From assembly GCA_964369845.1 (NCBI GenBank), contig CAYJFJ010000003.1, positions 2,563 to 66,562 on the forward strand: a stretch of 64,000 nucleotides of DNA. Reading direction: 5' to 3'. Source of the DNA: an uncultured Muribaculaceae bacterium (GTDB taxonomy: Bacteria; Bacillota_I; Bacilli_A; RF39; UBA660). The number at the start of each line of letters is the position of its first letter. Position 1 is the first letter of the stretch. The notes beneath the pieces were generated by a model that was not told where the DNA came from, searched no databases, and saw nothing but the letters and a program-made list of their open reading frames with translations. The translations under genes and the position numbers were made by a program. Positions 9,462 through 19,201 of this stretch are shown one piece after another.

Positions 9462-11417
9462 TTATTTTTTTTTATTTGTTTTTTTAATTTTTTTATTTAA
9501 ATAGATTTTTTCTTGAGTTTCACGCCAATTAGCTTTTACATATTTCTTGAAGTTATTTATATTTTCTTGCTCAGATGGATTTTTACAAACTATTTCTTCA
9601 TCTACCCATACATCACTTCGCGGATCCCATAATACTCCCAAATATTCATGCATTCTCTCATGATAATAATCTTCGATAGTGCCAAGATTTTCTCTCTTAA
9701 CTTTTGGAGCATAACTTTCCCATAATAACCACATTTGTGTTGCAAGTTCATCTTTTAATGTTTCCATGAATTTTTCTTTTTCTTCTTCTTTATAACCCTC
9801 AACTGACATTGGATCTGATAATACTGTATATATTTTATCTAAATCATATCTACTATAAGAAGTTATTGGTACAATTTTTGCTCCTGTTTTTTTTGCAAGG
9901 TCAAATATAGAATCATATAAATCTAACATTAAAGCATTTTGACTATGGTTAAATGCACCTTCAGGATATATTATTACACAGTTGTTGTTCTTTAAAACTT
10001 TTTCCATTTTTTCTCTAGCAGCTCTTCTACTAGGCTTGCTATCTTTGAAAATGTGAATCATTCCACTTCCTAAATAAGTCATGTACATATCTGGGTTATA
10101 TTTAATTTGCTCTGTTAACCCTAATACTAAATAAGCATTTCTATCAATTGATGCAACTGTAGTTTTTAAATCTTCGTCAAACGAATGAGTTGGCACAAAA
10201 ATGTATGGAGTTTTTTTATCTAATTTTATATTTTTCAAAATTATATTTTCTTTAACCATTGATTTTTTAACTATAAATTTAACTAAAGGATGAATTATTT
10301 TTCTTATGTTCATTCCGAGTTTCGTTGTGAAGTTATCTGCTGTTTTTGTATAAATAAATTTCATTAATTTTTTATTTAATTTGTAGCCCTTATCTATTTT
10401 TTTTATTATTTCTTTTTCGCAACTTTTTGTTTTCACACTTATTTTTGAAGTGTAATTTATTTTAAATTTGACATTACTTTCTAATCCGTGATTAGATGCA
10501 ACATCAGGCACCACTTTATAAATTGTCTCTCTTGAAATGTCACCTTTTCTTATACATGATTCTAAATCGTTTATTACTTTTGCTGTCTTATCTAGTGCAA
10601 TATCAAATAAATCTTCGAAACTTTTATCACTAGGGTTTGTACCAGCAAATGGATTTACCCATAATTTATTTTCTTTATTTAAATATTTATGTATGTCGCT
10701 TAAATCTCTATTATATGAAAAAGACTTTGCTCCTTTAAAATATTTATCTACTTTATCAAATAATTTTGCTTTTAATCCACTTTTGTCTTCTTTCATGAAT
10801 TTAACATATTTTCTTATGTGTTTAAGACCTACTTTATATACTTTTCCTTGATGTGATTTTCCATATGTTAAAAATATTGCTTTATCAATTATTTCATATA
10901 ATTTTTTATTTATATCTTTTTTTCTATATATAAACTCTTTGTTAAATTTTTCTTTTCTGTAGTTTTTGTTTTCATATTTTAAAATAAAATACATATCTAG
11001 TAAATTTTCCACGATTCCATGTTGCCATGTTTCTTTTGTTTTATCAACACTATGGTCTCCTGCATAAAAAACTATAAATGGATGAGTTACTGAATCTAAA
11101 ATATGATGAGAAATATACCCAGTTGTTATAAATGATCTTATACTTTCATCTTCAAGTAAATTGTATTCAGAAGCTACTTTTAAGTAGTTGTAGATGAACT
11201 CTTGGAAATTTTTTTCTTGCATTTCAAAACAAAAATGTAAATTGTTTTTCAATTTTTTAGCTTTATGTAATTTGTAAAAATTATTATATAAAAGTATATC
11301 GTGTCCCTGAGCAAATAAGTTATATTTTGTGTAGTTTACATAACTTTTTTTTGCTTTGTTATCTAATTTTTTAATTAATTCTTTATAAAATATATCATGT
11401 GTTTTAATAGATGGCAT
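9462..11417 (-). CDS. Fusion protein: N-terminal zinc-dependent phospholipase C-like domain + C-terminal PlsC/LPLAT-type acyltransferase domain
   Basis: 651 aa. N-terminal His-rich motifs typical of Zn-dependent PLC family proteins (KTHDIF, AQGHDILLY, HHILDSVTHPF). C-terminal HX4D acyltransferase motif (PTHSFDEDL) and a PEG-type motif (IYPEGAFN). Confidence 0.55.
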   Translation of the reverse strand: MPSIKTHDIFYKELIKKLDNKAKKSYVNYTKYNLFAQGHDILLYNNFYKLHKAKKLKNNLHFCFEMQEKNFQEFIYNYLKVASEYNLLEDESIRSFITTGYISHHILDSVTHPFIVFYAGDHSVDKTKETWQHGIVENLLDMYFILKYENKNYRKEKFNKEFIYRKKDINKKLYEIIDKAIFLTYGKSHQGKVYKVGLKHIRKYVKFMKEDKSGLKAKLFDKVDKYFKGAKSFSYNRDLSDIHKYLNKENKLWVNPFAGTNPSDKSFEDLFDIALDKTAKVINDLESCIRKGDISRETIYKVVPDVASNHGLESNVKFKINYTSKISVKTKSCEKEIIKKIDKGYKLNKKLMKFIYTKTADNFTTKLGMNIRKIIHPLVKFIVKKSMVKENIILKNIKLDKKTPYIFVPTHSFDEDLKTTVASIDRNAYLVLGLTEQIKYNPDMYMTYLGSGMIHIFKDSKPSRRAAREKMEKVLKNNNCVIIYPEGAFNHSQNALMLDLYDSIFDLAKKTGAKIVPITSYSRYDLDKIYTVLSDPMSVEGYKEEEKEKFMETLKDELATQMWLLWESYAPKVKRENLGTIEDYYHERMHEYLGVLWDPRSDVWVDEEIVCKNPSEQENINNFKKYVKANWRETQEKIYLNKKIKKTNKKK

Positions 11418-11440
11418 AAGATCCCCCTTTTATGCTTTTA

Positions 11441-12028
11441 TTAATTAGTTATCATATTTAAGTTTTTATAATTTTCTGGTTTACCTTCATATATTAAATA
11501 ATCTTTAAAGAATAAATAATATGTTGCCGGTCTAATTTTTGTGTGTTTGCGGTCAAACTTATGAATGTTGCATTCATCTAATAGTTTAGTGACCCACTCA
11601 GAACAAAAATATCTACTATTATCTTTGCTCGGTTTTGAATAACTAGTGAAGAATATATAAATTGTTCCTAAAAAATTATATTTATATTTTTCTTTGTTTT
11701 TCCAGTATGTAGCTATTTCTTTTTTTAGATGCGAAAAAGCTTTTTTATCTACCGGCACTTTTAATACTAATATATCAGTAACCGTTCCGTTTTTGAATGC
11801 TCCCTTTTCGATGTTTTCTTTAACTAAACCCGCATTTAAAAAATTCTTTTTACTTCTTCTTGCAAAAGATTTCATATTAGTTAATTTACTATCTAAAGAA
11901 ATAGATATGTGAGTGTATGTGTCTTTTTCAAATCTATGCAGAACGTTAGCCATTGATCTATATTTAATGATTTTTGATGGTAATGTTTTAGACTTACTTA
12001 ACACTAAGTAAATGTACTTTTCCGTCAT
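11441..12028 (-). CDS. Hypothetical protein, possible permuted papain-like (YiiX / peptidase C92-type) fold
   Basis: 195 aa. A conserved-looking His (DTYTHISISLD) precedes a Cys motif (RYFCSEWVTKLLDE), the order seen in permuted NlpC/P60-like enzymes. Weak by-eye assignment. Confidence 0.35.
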   Translation of the reverse strand: MTEKYIYLVLSKSKTLPSKIIKYRSMANVLHRFEKDTYTHISISLDSKLTNMKSFARRSKKNFLNAGLVKENIEKGAFKNGTVTDILVLKVPVDKKAFSHLKKEIATYWKNKEKYKYNFLGTIYIFFTSYSKPSKDNSRYFCSEWVTKLLDECNIHKFDRKHTKIRPATYYLFFKDYLIYEGKPENYKNLNMITN

Positions 12029-12127
12029 ATTTTCCCCTTTTTTTCATTACTTCAATAATATATTAATACTTTTCTATATATATGTCAATCTTTTTTTGTA
12101 TTTTAGTAACATTTTAGGTACAAAATA

Positions 12128-12150
12128 AAAACATCAATAAATGATGTTTT
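12128..12150 (-). terminator. Intrinsic terminator after the spoVID-like / cotS-like operon
   Basis: AAAACATCA (12128..12136) / TGATGTTTT (12142..12150), a 9-bp stem with a 5-nt loop. On the minus RNA it is followed by a U-rich tract. Confidence 0.5.
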
Positions 12151-12327
12151 AGCAAAGTTTCTATTTTTTCATAAATTATTATAGGTGATTTTATGCGAAG
12201 ATTTTTTACTCCTGGATTTTCTATATTTATGATTATGATATTAACATGTCTTATATTTTATCAATGTCTAATAACTTTCATATTTCCATTTAGATTTAAT
12301 GTATTTATTTTAACTGTGGAAATTTCT

Positions 12328-13209
12328 TTACTCTTCTTCTTCATTTTTAGAATAATATGGTTTTATTAAACTTTCTGTTTTGAATATATAATCTAATTTT
12401 CTTCTGATGTTTTTTGTGTTCTCAAATTCTTTTAAATCAAAAGTTATTTTGTCTGGTAAACTTATTAGTATAAACATAAGTTTTTTTTCTTGTTTTGATA
12501 AAGGAAATCTTGAATCATAATAATTTAATATTTGACTAAATTCAAGATTTAAATAATCATTTTTATAAAACTGCACTATATCTAAAATTGGTGTATCTAT
12601 TTTATAGTTATCCCAGCTAACTAATTTGTCTTCATCTGCTTTTAAAAAATGTTTAATTGATAAATTATTATGTACAATTGATACTCTTTCTTTTTTTTCG
12701 TCTTTTACTATGTCATACCAATTTTCCAGTTCTGCTTCACAAAAGTCTAAAACTTCTTTAATTTTATAATAATTTTTTATAAATAAATATTTAGATGGAG
12801 ACATATATTTTTCTTTAAAGATCATTTCAAATAAATTATCGTAGTAATTTTTGTAATAGTTTATATTTGATATTATATTTTCGTATATTTCTTTATATTT
12901 ATCAGCATTTACTTCCTTAAAGTAACTTGTTTTGTGATGAAGTATGGTTACTAGGTTTATTAAATCACTTGCTTTTTGCTCTGCTGGCATTTCAGTATCT
13001 TCAATGTATTCATAAACATTTATTTGTCTTCTGCTATCATCAATTATTTCAGGATAAGATACAAAGCCTCTACTTTTTAAATAGCTATATAAACCTTTAA
13101 TGTTTATTCCATCTTTTTTTTCTTTTAATACATATTTTCCTTGATTTGTTTCTATTATTGTTACTTTACCTTTTATCGTGTGCCTGTAAGCTGAGACAAC
13201 ATTATTCAT
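12328..13209 (-). CDS. CotS-family / YsxE-like spore coat kinase-fold protein
   Basis: 293 aa. Composition and layout resemble the CotS/YsxE family. Overlaps and follows a SpoVID-like gene, matching the spoVID-ysxE operon arrangement of B. subtilis. Confidence 0.5.
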   Translation of the reverse strand: MNNVVSAYRHTIKGKVTIIETNQGKYVLKEKKDGINIKGLYSYLKSRGFVSYPEIIDDSRRQINVYEYIEDTEMPAEQKASDLINLVTILHHKTSYFKEVNADKYKEIYENIISNINYYKNYYDNLFEMIFKEKYMSPSKYLFIKNYYKIKEVLDFCEAELENWYDIVKDEKKERVSIVHNNLSIKHFLKADEDKLVSWDNYKIDTPILDIVQFYKNDYLNLEFSQILNYYDSRFPLSKQEKKLMFILISLPDKITFDLKEFENTKNIRRKLDYIFKTESLIKPYYSKNEEEE

Positions 13210-13891
13210 CTTCTGCTATTAATATTTTTTCTCCAACTAAAAATTTCGAATCTATATTATAACTTTGTAATTCTATTTCTGTTTTTCCATATAACTTACA
13301 TAAAGTCTCTATAGTTTCTTCTTCTTTAACTAAATGCACTTTGTAACTAATATAACTATCTTCATTGCTTTTTGCAAAGGAAAGTATATTACTTTTATTT
13401 TCTTCATTTATTAGTGATACATCTTCAGCGCTATTTTCATTAGTAATTACTTCTATTTCTTCAGCGAATATATCACTATCTCTTCCTTTTTCACTTTCTC
13501 TAAGTTCTTCTAGAATAACTTCTTTTATATTTGATGGTTCTTCTTCAAATATACTTTCTTTTTCTTCTGGTTTTTCTTCTGCTTTTATAATGTAATCTAT
13601 ATCTACTTTTAGTGTATTTGGTTTTATAACTTCATATGTGAAATTATCTATATTAAATTCTAATGTTGATTCTTCTACACTTTCTTTTAAACTTAAATCA
13701 AATGGTAGTGTGAATGAAAAATTTTCAGTGTTTACACTTACTTCATGTGTTTTATAACTTCCAAAGATTATAAAATTACCTAATACAACATTTTCACTAA
13801 CGTTATATTCATGTTCTAGTGATATACTACTTACCTCTCCAATATTAGTTTTAAAATCCACATTTTTAGTAAATGGTACTATACAATTCAT
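13202..13891 (-). CDS. spoVID: SpoVID-like spore coat morphogenetic protein (N-terminal SpoVID-type domain, acidic linker, C-terminal LysM)
   Basis: N-terminus (EVSSISLEHEYNVSENVVLGNFIIFGSYK ... EFNIDNFTYEV) resembles the SpoVID N-domain. The middle is Glu-rich. C-terminal LysM-like segment YKVHLVKEEETIETLCKLYGKTEIELQSYN...VGEKILI. Confidence 0.6.
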   Translation of the reverse strand: MNCIVPFTKNVDFKTNIGEVSSISLEHEYNVSENVVLGNFIIFGSYKTHEVSVNTENFSFTLPFDLSLKESVEESTLEFNIDNFTYEVIKPNTLKVDIDYIIKAEEKPEEKESIFEEEPSNIKEVILEELRESEKGRDSDIFAEEIEVITNENSAEDVSLINEENKSNILSFAKSNEDSYISYKVHLVKEEETIETLCKLYGKTEIELQSYNIDSKFLVGEKILIAEDE

Positions 13892-13960
13892 AAAATTCCT
13901 CCTATAAAAAAATATTCTTTGATTTTGTTTTTATTACAAAAAAAACAACTTTTTTCAAAG

Positions 13961-15331
13961 TTATTTTGCAATTTTCTTTACTATATCTAAGAATTTACAT
14001 GAAGCCGATGCTTTTACTAATATATTGTCTTTTTCTTGTTTCATTTTGTTTATGAAACTAATTGCTTCATTATTGTTTTTAAAATGATGACTATTATCTT
14101 TAGTTAAACCTAATTTTTCTGCTTCTTCATTTATTAAATTAGTGTACTCACCAACAGTGACTAAAACGTCGATGTTATTTTCAACTATATTTTCTCCTAA
14201 GTTTTTATGCATTACTTCGGATAAATCTCCTAATTCTTTCATTGTACCTAAACAAGCAATTTTTCTTCCTTCAAAAGATGCTAAATGTTTAATTGCATAT
14301 TCCATTGCATCGTAATTTGCATTGTAAGCATCATTTATGTAATTTATTCCTTTACTTTCAATTAATTCCATTCGGTTACTACTAAGTTCTAGTTTAGCTA
14401 CTCCATTTTTAATTTCTTTAGCATTAACACCATATACTTTAGTTACTGCTATAGCAGCAAGTGTATTATATAAATAATGTTCTCCTGGAATTGGTACTGT
14501 GATTTTTTCTCCTTCAAAAACAAACTTTGTGTATTTTGAGTTGTATGTAACACTACTTGGCATTATATCACTTTCAGTGCTAATTCCGTACGTAATGATA
14601 TTATATTTTTCTTTATTATTAGTAGCCCATTCATTTAATAAATCATCATCGTTATTTATTACTACTGGTCCACCGTTTTGTAAAGCTTCTAATATTTCCA
14701 GTTTAGCTTTTAATATATTTTCTCTGCTTCCTAAATTACCAATATGAGCTGTTCCGATATTAGTCAAAACTACAGCATTTGGTTTTGCTATATTAGTTAG
14801 GTAACTGATTTCATTAAAATGATTCATTCCCATTTCTAAAACAGCTATATCTTCATCTTTTAAATTAAGTAACGTTGTTGGTAAACCTAAATGATTATTT
14901 TTGTTACCTAATGTTTTAAAAGCATTGTATTTTTCTTTTAATATACTATGTATTATATCTTTTGTACTCGTTTTGCCAGCTGAACCTGTTACCGCTATTA
15001 CGGGTAATGTACATGAAGATTTTTTGTAAACTGCCATTTGTCTTAAAGCTTCTTGTGTGTTTTCCACTACAATTAAAGTCTTATTATTATCTTCTAAATA
15101 TTTTACATCTTCTTGTGATGGCGTTACACCACTAACAACTGCACATATACTACCTTTTTCCATTGCGTTTTTATAAAAATCATTTCCATTAAAACTCTCT
15201 CCAATGATTCCTATATATAAACTTTCATTTTTTATAACTCTCGAATCGATGCTAAAACTTGTTACCATCAAATCTTTTTTGTTATATACTGTAACATAAT
15301 CCATATTATTTAACATGTCAAGTATATTCAT
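13961..15331 (-). CDS. murF: UDP-N-acetylmuramoyl-tripeptide--D-alanyl-D-alanine ligase
   Basis: 456 aa Mur ligase: VIAVTGSAGKTSTKD P-loop, middle and C-terminal Mur ligase domains, MurF-like N-terminus (SIDSRVIK). Confidence 0.9.
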   Translation of the reverse strand: MNILDMLNNMDYVTVYNKKDLMVTSFSIDSRVIKNESLYIGIIGESFNGNDFYKNAMEKGSICAVVSGVTPSQEDVKYLEDNNKTLIVVENTQEALRQMAVYKKSSCTLPVIAVTGSAGKTSTKDIIHSILKEKYNAFKTLGNKNNHLGLPTTLLNLKDEDIAVLEMGMNHFNEISYLTNIAKPNAVVLTNIGTAHIGNLGSRENILKAKLEILEALQNGGPVVINNDDDLLNEWATNNKEKYNIITYGISTESDIMPSSVTYNSKYTKFVFEGEKITVPIPGEHYLYNTLAAIAVTKVYGVNAKEIKNGVAKLELSSNRMELIESKGINYINDAYNANYDAMEYAIKHLASFEGRKIACLGTMKELGDLSEVMHKNLGENIVENNIDVLVTVGEYTNLINEEAEKLGLTKDNSHHFKNNNEAISFINKMKQEKDNILVKASASCKFLDIVKKIAK

Positions 15332-15345
15332 AAACTCACACCTTT

Positions 15346-17616
15346 CTAAGAAAATAAATCACTATATATTTCCTCATAATTCTTTACGAATTTTATTTTT
15401 ATTTCACTCAAATATTTTTCGGGCACTTCCACTATATCAAATGAATTTTCAAAAGGCAAGTATAAAACATTAATTTTATTATTAATGGCTGCTATTACCT
15501 TTTCTTTGATTCCACCAACTTTCATTATTTTTCCACTTAATGTAAGTTCTCCAGTAAATGCAGTTCTTGAGTCTACTTCTTTACCTAAACTTAATGATAA
15601 TAATGCTGTTGTAATACTTACTCCCGCTGATGGACCATCTTTTTTTGTTGCTGCTTCTAGGAAATGTAAATGTATATCATTTTTACTAAAATCTACTTTA
15701 TAATTTGATTTTAAATATGTAAGAGCTACTTTTATAGATTCATCCATAACTTGTCCTACCATACCTGTAATTACTACATTTCCTTGACCTTTATTTTTTA
15801 TTACTTCTACTTTGGTTAATATACCACCAAGCTGTGTATATGCAAGTAAATTAATCGTTCCTATTTGATTTATTAATTCTATGCCACAAGATTCATATTT
15901 TGCATTTCCTAAGTAAGTTTTTAAACTTTTTGCTGTTATACTCTTTTCATTATTAATTAATGCTTTTCTTACTAACTTTTTAAGTGTGTTATCTAAATTT
16001 CTAACTCCAGCTTCTTTTGTATAATTGTTTATTATATTTATTAAAACATCATTTGTAATAGATATTTTGGCATTTTTTAAATCGTATTCATCAAATATCT
16101 TAGGTAATATGTATTTTTTAGCAATATTTACTTTTTCATAAAATGTATAACTGTTTATTTTCATTATCTCTAGTCTATCTAATAGAGCATAAGGTATATT
16201 CTCATATTCATTTGCAGTTAAAATAAATAATACTTTAGATAAATCAAATTCTTCTTCAATATAATTATCAATAAACATACTGTTTTGTGATTCATCTAAA
16301 ATTTCTAAAAGAGTACTTGCAGGATCTCCCTTATAATTTTTAACCATTTTATCTACTTCATCTATTAATATAACAGGATTTTTTGCTTTACATCTTTTTA
16401 TTCCTTGAATAATTTTACCTGGATTTGCCCCTAGATATGTTCTTCTTGAACCAATTAATTCAGTTGAATCACTTAAACCCCCAACGGATATTTTATAAAA
16501 CTCTCTATTTAAAGCTTTTGCAATTGATTTTGCAATACTTGTTTTACCTACTCCAGGTGGACCTACTAAACATATAATAGGTGTTTTAATATTTTTACTA
16601 ATTGTTTTAAGTTCAGCGTATTCATATATACGCTCTTTTACTTCACTTAAGCCGTAATGTGAATTTTCTAAATGTTTTTTTATTTCAATCGTAGATGTTG
16701 TATCTTTTGTCTCGAAACTCCATGGTAAATTTATTACTGTATCTATATAATTTTTTAAAACGCTAGCTTCAGGTGACTCTTCGCTTGTAAAAGATAATTT
16801 TTCTATTTCTTTTTTTAATTTATCTTTTGTTTTTTCACTTACTTTAAGATTATTTAACTTTACTTCAAAACTTTTAACTTCTTCATCTTTAATGCTAGTT
16901 TCTCCTAGTTCAATTTTAATTTCATCTAGTTTTTCTTTTAAATAGTATTTTTTTTCTTTTTCAAGCAATTTTTTTCTGATAGATTCTTCTATTTCTTCTT
17001 CTATTTTTAATATTTCTATTTCTTCTTCAATATCTTCAAGTAGATTTTTACTTCTATCTACGGGGTTTATTTGCTGCATATATTCAAGTTTTTTTGATAT
17101 ATTAAATGGTAAAAATGATGCTATTATATCAGATGTTTTATTCAAATCTGTTGCTTTTTCTATTTTTGCTAAAATGGTATTGGAACTATTATCGTTCATT
17201 TTTACCCATTTTTTTATTGATTCTTTTAGTTTCTTTAGTAAAGCTGACTCTACTTTAGTATCAAACTTTGGAAGCGTTATTACAGTTGTAGCTGCTATTA
17301 AATTACTTTTTTCTTTATTGTCATAAAAATATTTTTGTACAACAACTCTTTCTAGTCCTTTTAATATTACTCTAGTGTTTGAATTTGGTAATTCTATTTT
17401 GTTTTTTATGTGCGCAATTACTCCGATTTTTGGTAAATCATCTACATTTGGGTTAGATTCCTTCTGATCAAGCGGAGCTACTACTAATACTTTTCCCTCA
17501 TTTAAATCTATAGATTTTTTTATTACGTTTTTACTTACTTCTGATATTAAATCGACTTTAACTTCTTGTCCAGGGAGGATAATTAATTCTTTTAAGAGTA
17601 TAACTTCATGATTCAT
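15346..17616 (-). CDS. lon: ATP-dependent Lon protease (LonA type)
   Basis: LON N-domain, AAA+ Walker A GPPGVGKTS, Walker B ILIDEVDK, protease Ser motif DGPSAGV. The start is placed at MNHEV (17616) because a GGAGG RBS precedes it. The ORF-track start at 17694 looks like an upstream extension. Confidence 0.92.
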   Translation of the reverse strand: MNHEVILLKELIILPGQEVKVDLISEVSKNVIKKSIDLNEGKVLVVAPLDQKESNPNVDDLPKIGVIAHIKNKIELPNSNTRVILKGLERVVVQKYFYDNKEKSNLIAATTVITLPKFDTKVESALLKKLKESIKKWVKMNDNSSNTILAKIEKATDLNKTSDIIASFLPFNISKKLEYMQQINPVDRSKNLLEDIEEEIEILKIEEEIEESIRKKLLEKEKKYYLKEKLDEIKIELGETSIKDEEVKSFEVKLNNLKVSEKTKDKLKKEIEKLSFTSEESPEASVLKNYIDTVINLPWSFETKDTTSTIEIKKHLENSHYGLSEVKERIYEYAELKTISKNIKTPIICLVGPPGVGKTSIAKSIAKALNREFYKISVGGLSDSTELIGSRRTYLGANPGKIIQGIKRCKAKNPVILIDEVDKMVKNYKGDPASTLLEILDESQNSMFIDNYIEEEFDLSKVLFILTANEYENIPYALLDRLEIMKINSYTFYEKVNIAKKYILPKIFDEYDLKNAKISITNDVLINIINNYTKEAGVRNLDNTLKKLVRKALINNEKSITAKSLKTYLGNAKYESCGIELINQIGTINLLAYTQLGGILTKVEVIKNKGQGNVVITGMVGQVMDESIKVALTYLKSNYKVDFSKNDIHLHFLEAATKKDGPSAGVSITTALLSLSLGKEVDSRTAFTGELTLSGKIMKVGGIKEKVIAAINNKINVLYLPFENSFDIVEVPEKYLSEIKIKFVKNYEEIYSDLFS

Positions 17617-17711
17617 AATTTTTCCTCCAACATTAGATTTTATTATATAGTTTTTTACTTCAAATGTAAAGAAAAAAAGATGTTTTTTCGTCAAAAAAAA
17701 AGAAAATAAAA

Positions 17712-18956
17712 TTAATTATTTTCTTTAACAATTTCAAGTGCTCTATGCATTTTCATATCATACTTAATTACTTCTAAAGAACCATAAGCTTTTAATAATT
17801 CTTCTACTGTAATTCCATAATTTTCTGACATTTCTTTAGCTTTAGCTTCAATTTCTTTTTCTTTAAAATCAATTTTTTCAGCGTCTGCTATTGCTTCGAT
17901 TAAATATCTGAATTCCACACGTTTTTTTGCTTCTGAATCCATTTGTTTATGTAAATCTTCATGAGTAGTTCCAGTCATTTGGAAATACGTATCTAAATTC
18001 ATTCCTTGCATTTCAAGTTGTTTAGAATATTGATCAATCATTCTATGAACTTCTTCAGTAATGATTTCTTCATTAATTTCTACTTTCATGTTTTTAGCTG
18101 CTGCTTCTAAACAATCATCAACAAATTTACTATCAGATTCTTTTTCTTTTTCGCTTTTGATAGTTTCTTCAATTTTCTTAGTTAAGCTAGCTTCATCAGT
18201 TACATCAGCATCACCTAAATCTTCAAAGAATTCTTTGTTTAATTCTGGTAATTTTTTTGTTTTAATTTCTTTAACTTCAACTTCGAATGTTACGTCTTTT
18301 CCTTTTAAATGATCTACATACTCTTCAGGAAATTTAAGTTCTAATGTAACTTTTTCTCCATTTTTAACACCAATTAATTTTTCTTCAAATCCTGGAATAA
18401 ATGAGTTAGAACCGATTTCAAGTGGATAATCAAATCCTGTACCACCTTCAAGTTCTTTTCCATCTACAATTCCTTTGAAGTTAATTACTGCTGTATCGCC
18501 AGTAGCTATTTCGCCTTCTTTAATTACTGAATCTGCAAATTGATTACGTAATTTAGTGATTTCTTCTTCGATTTCTTTTTTAGTTACTTTAGCAGTAGCT
18601 TTTTTAACACCTAAGTTTTTGTATTCTCCTAGTGTTACTTCAGGTTTAGTTATAAATACATATTTTAAGATAACGTTAGTATCTGAAATACCTTTTACAT
18701 CTACTGAAGGTTGAACAACTGGATCTAATCCTTTTTCTTTAACTAAATTATTATAAGTTTCTTCCATTACTATATTACAAGCTTCTTCATAAAGACTTTC
18801 AATACCATATTTTTTGATAAACATATCTTTTGGTACTGCACCTTTTCTAAATCCGTCAACTTTAACATTTTTAACTTCTTTTTTAAAAGCTTTGTCTAAT
18901 GCTTCAATCCACTCTTTTTCTAATTTAATTTCAATTTCATGTATATTTTTTGCCAT
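17712..18956 (-). CDS. tig: Trigger factor
   Basis: 414 aa. Ribosome-binding motif GFRKGAVP, central FKBP-type PPIase region (FIPGFEEKLIG), C-terminal arm domain. Confidence 0.95.
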   Translation of the reverse strand: MAKNIHEIEIKLEKEWIEALDKAFKKEVKNVKVDGFRKGAVPKDMFIKKYGIESLYEEACNIVMEETYNNLVKEKGLDPVVQPSVDVKGISDTNVILKYVFITKPEVTLGEYKNLGVKKATAKVTKKEIEEEITKLRNQFADSVIKEGEIATGDTAVINFKGIVDGKELEGGTGFDYPLEIGSNSFIPGFEEKLIGVKNGEKVTLELKFPEEYVDHLKGKDVTFEVEVKEIKTKKLPELNKEFFEDLGDADVTDEASLTKKIEETIKSEKEKESDSKFVDDCLEAAAKNMKVEINEEIITEEVHRMIDQYSKQLEMQGMNLDTYFQMTGTTHEDLHKQMDSEAKKRVEFRYLIEAIADAEKIDFKEKEIEAKAKEMSENYGITVEELLKAYGSLEVIKYDMKMHRALEIVKENN

Positions 18957-19029
18957 ACTTTACCTCTTTCAAATTACTTACATATTATATAATAGTTTAT
19001 AATTTATTTCAAGAAAAAACACATATTTT

Positions 19030-19200
19030 TTACATTTTATGCATTTTAATCTCTTCTTTGTTTTTCTCTGTATCAATAGTAATATATTTTCTTGTATTTT
19101 TTTTACTTAGTTCAATATATTTCTTTCTTTTTAAATTTACACTATTTTTAAAATCATTTAATATTTTCTTTTTATATATTATAATTTCTAATTTATCCAT
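19030..19200 (-). CDS. Small lysine-rich ORF (56 aa), possibly translationally coupled to the upstream hypothetical gene
   Basis: Own translation: MDKLEIIIYKKKILNDFKNSVNLKRKKYIELSKKNTRKYITIDTEKNKEEIKMHKM. Its ATG lies 1 nt after the TAA of ORF 19202..19744. Below the ORF-track size cut-off, with no homology evidence. Confidence 0.3.
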   Translation of the reverse strand: MDKLEIIIYKKKILNDFKNSVNLKRKKYIELSKKNTRKYITIDTEKNKEEIKMHKM

Positions 19201-19201
19201 A

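Noticed and set aside
12193-12369. 58-codon plus-strand ORF (MRRFFTPGFSIFMIMILTCLIFYQ...) with an AGGTGA RBS.
   Set aside because: It is plausible as a tiny membrane protein, but it overlaps the 3' end of the convergent cotS-like gene, has no terminator and has no homology support. Too uncertain to list as a feature.
15346-17694. N-terminal extensions in the ORF track for lon (17694), greA (20315), glyA (36132) and ireB-like (24907).
   Set aside because: Internal Met codons preceded by GGAGG-type RBSs match the conserved protein N-termini. The upstream extensions are hydrophobic or low-complexity and, for glyA, overlap folD.
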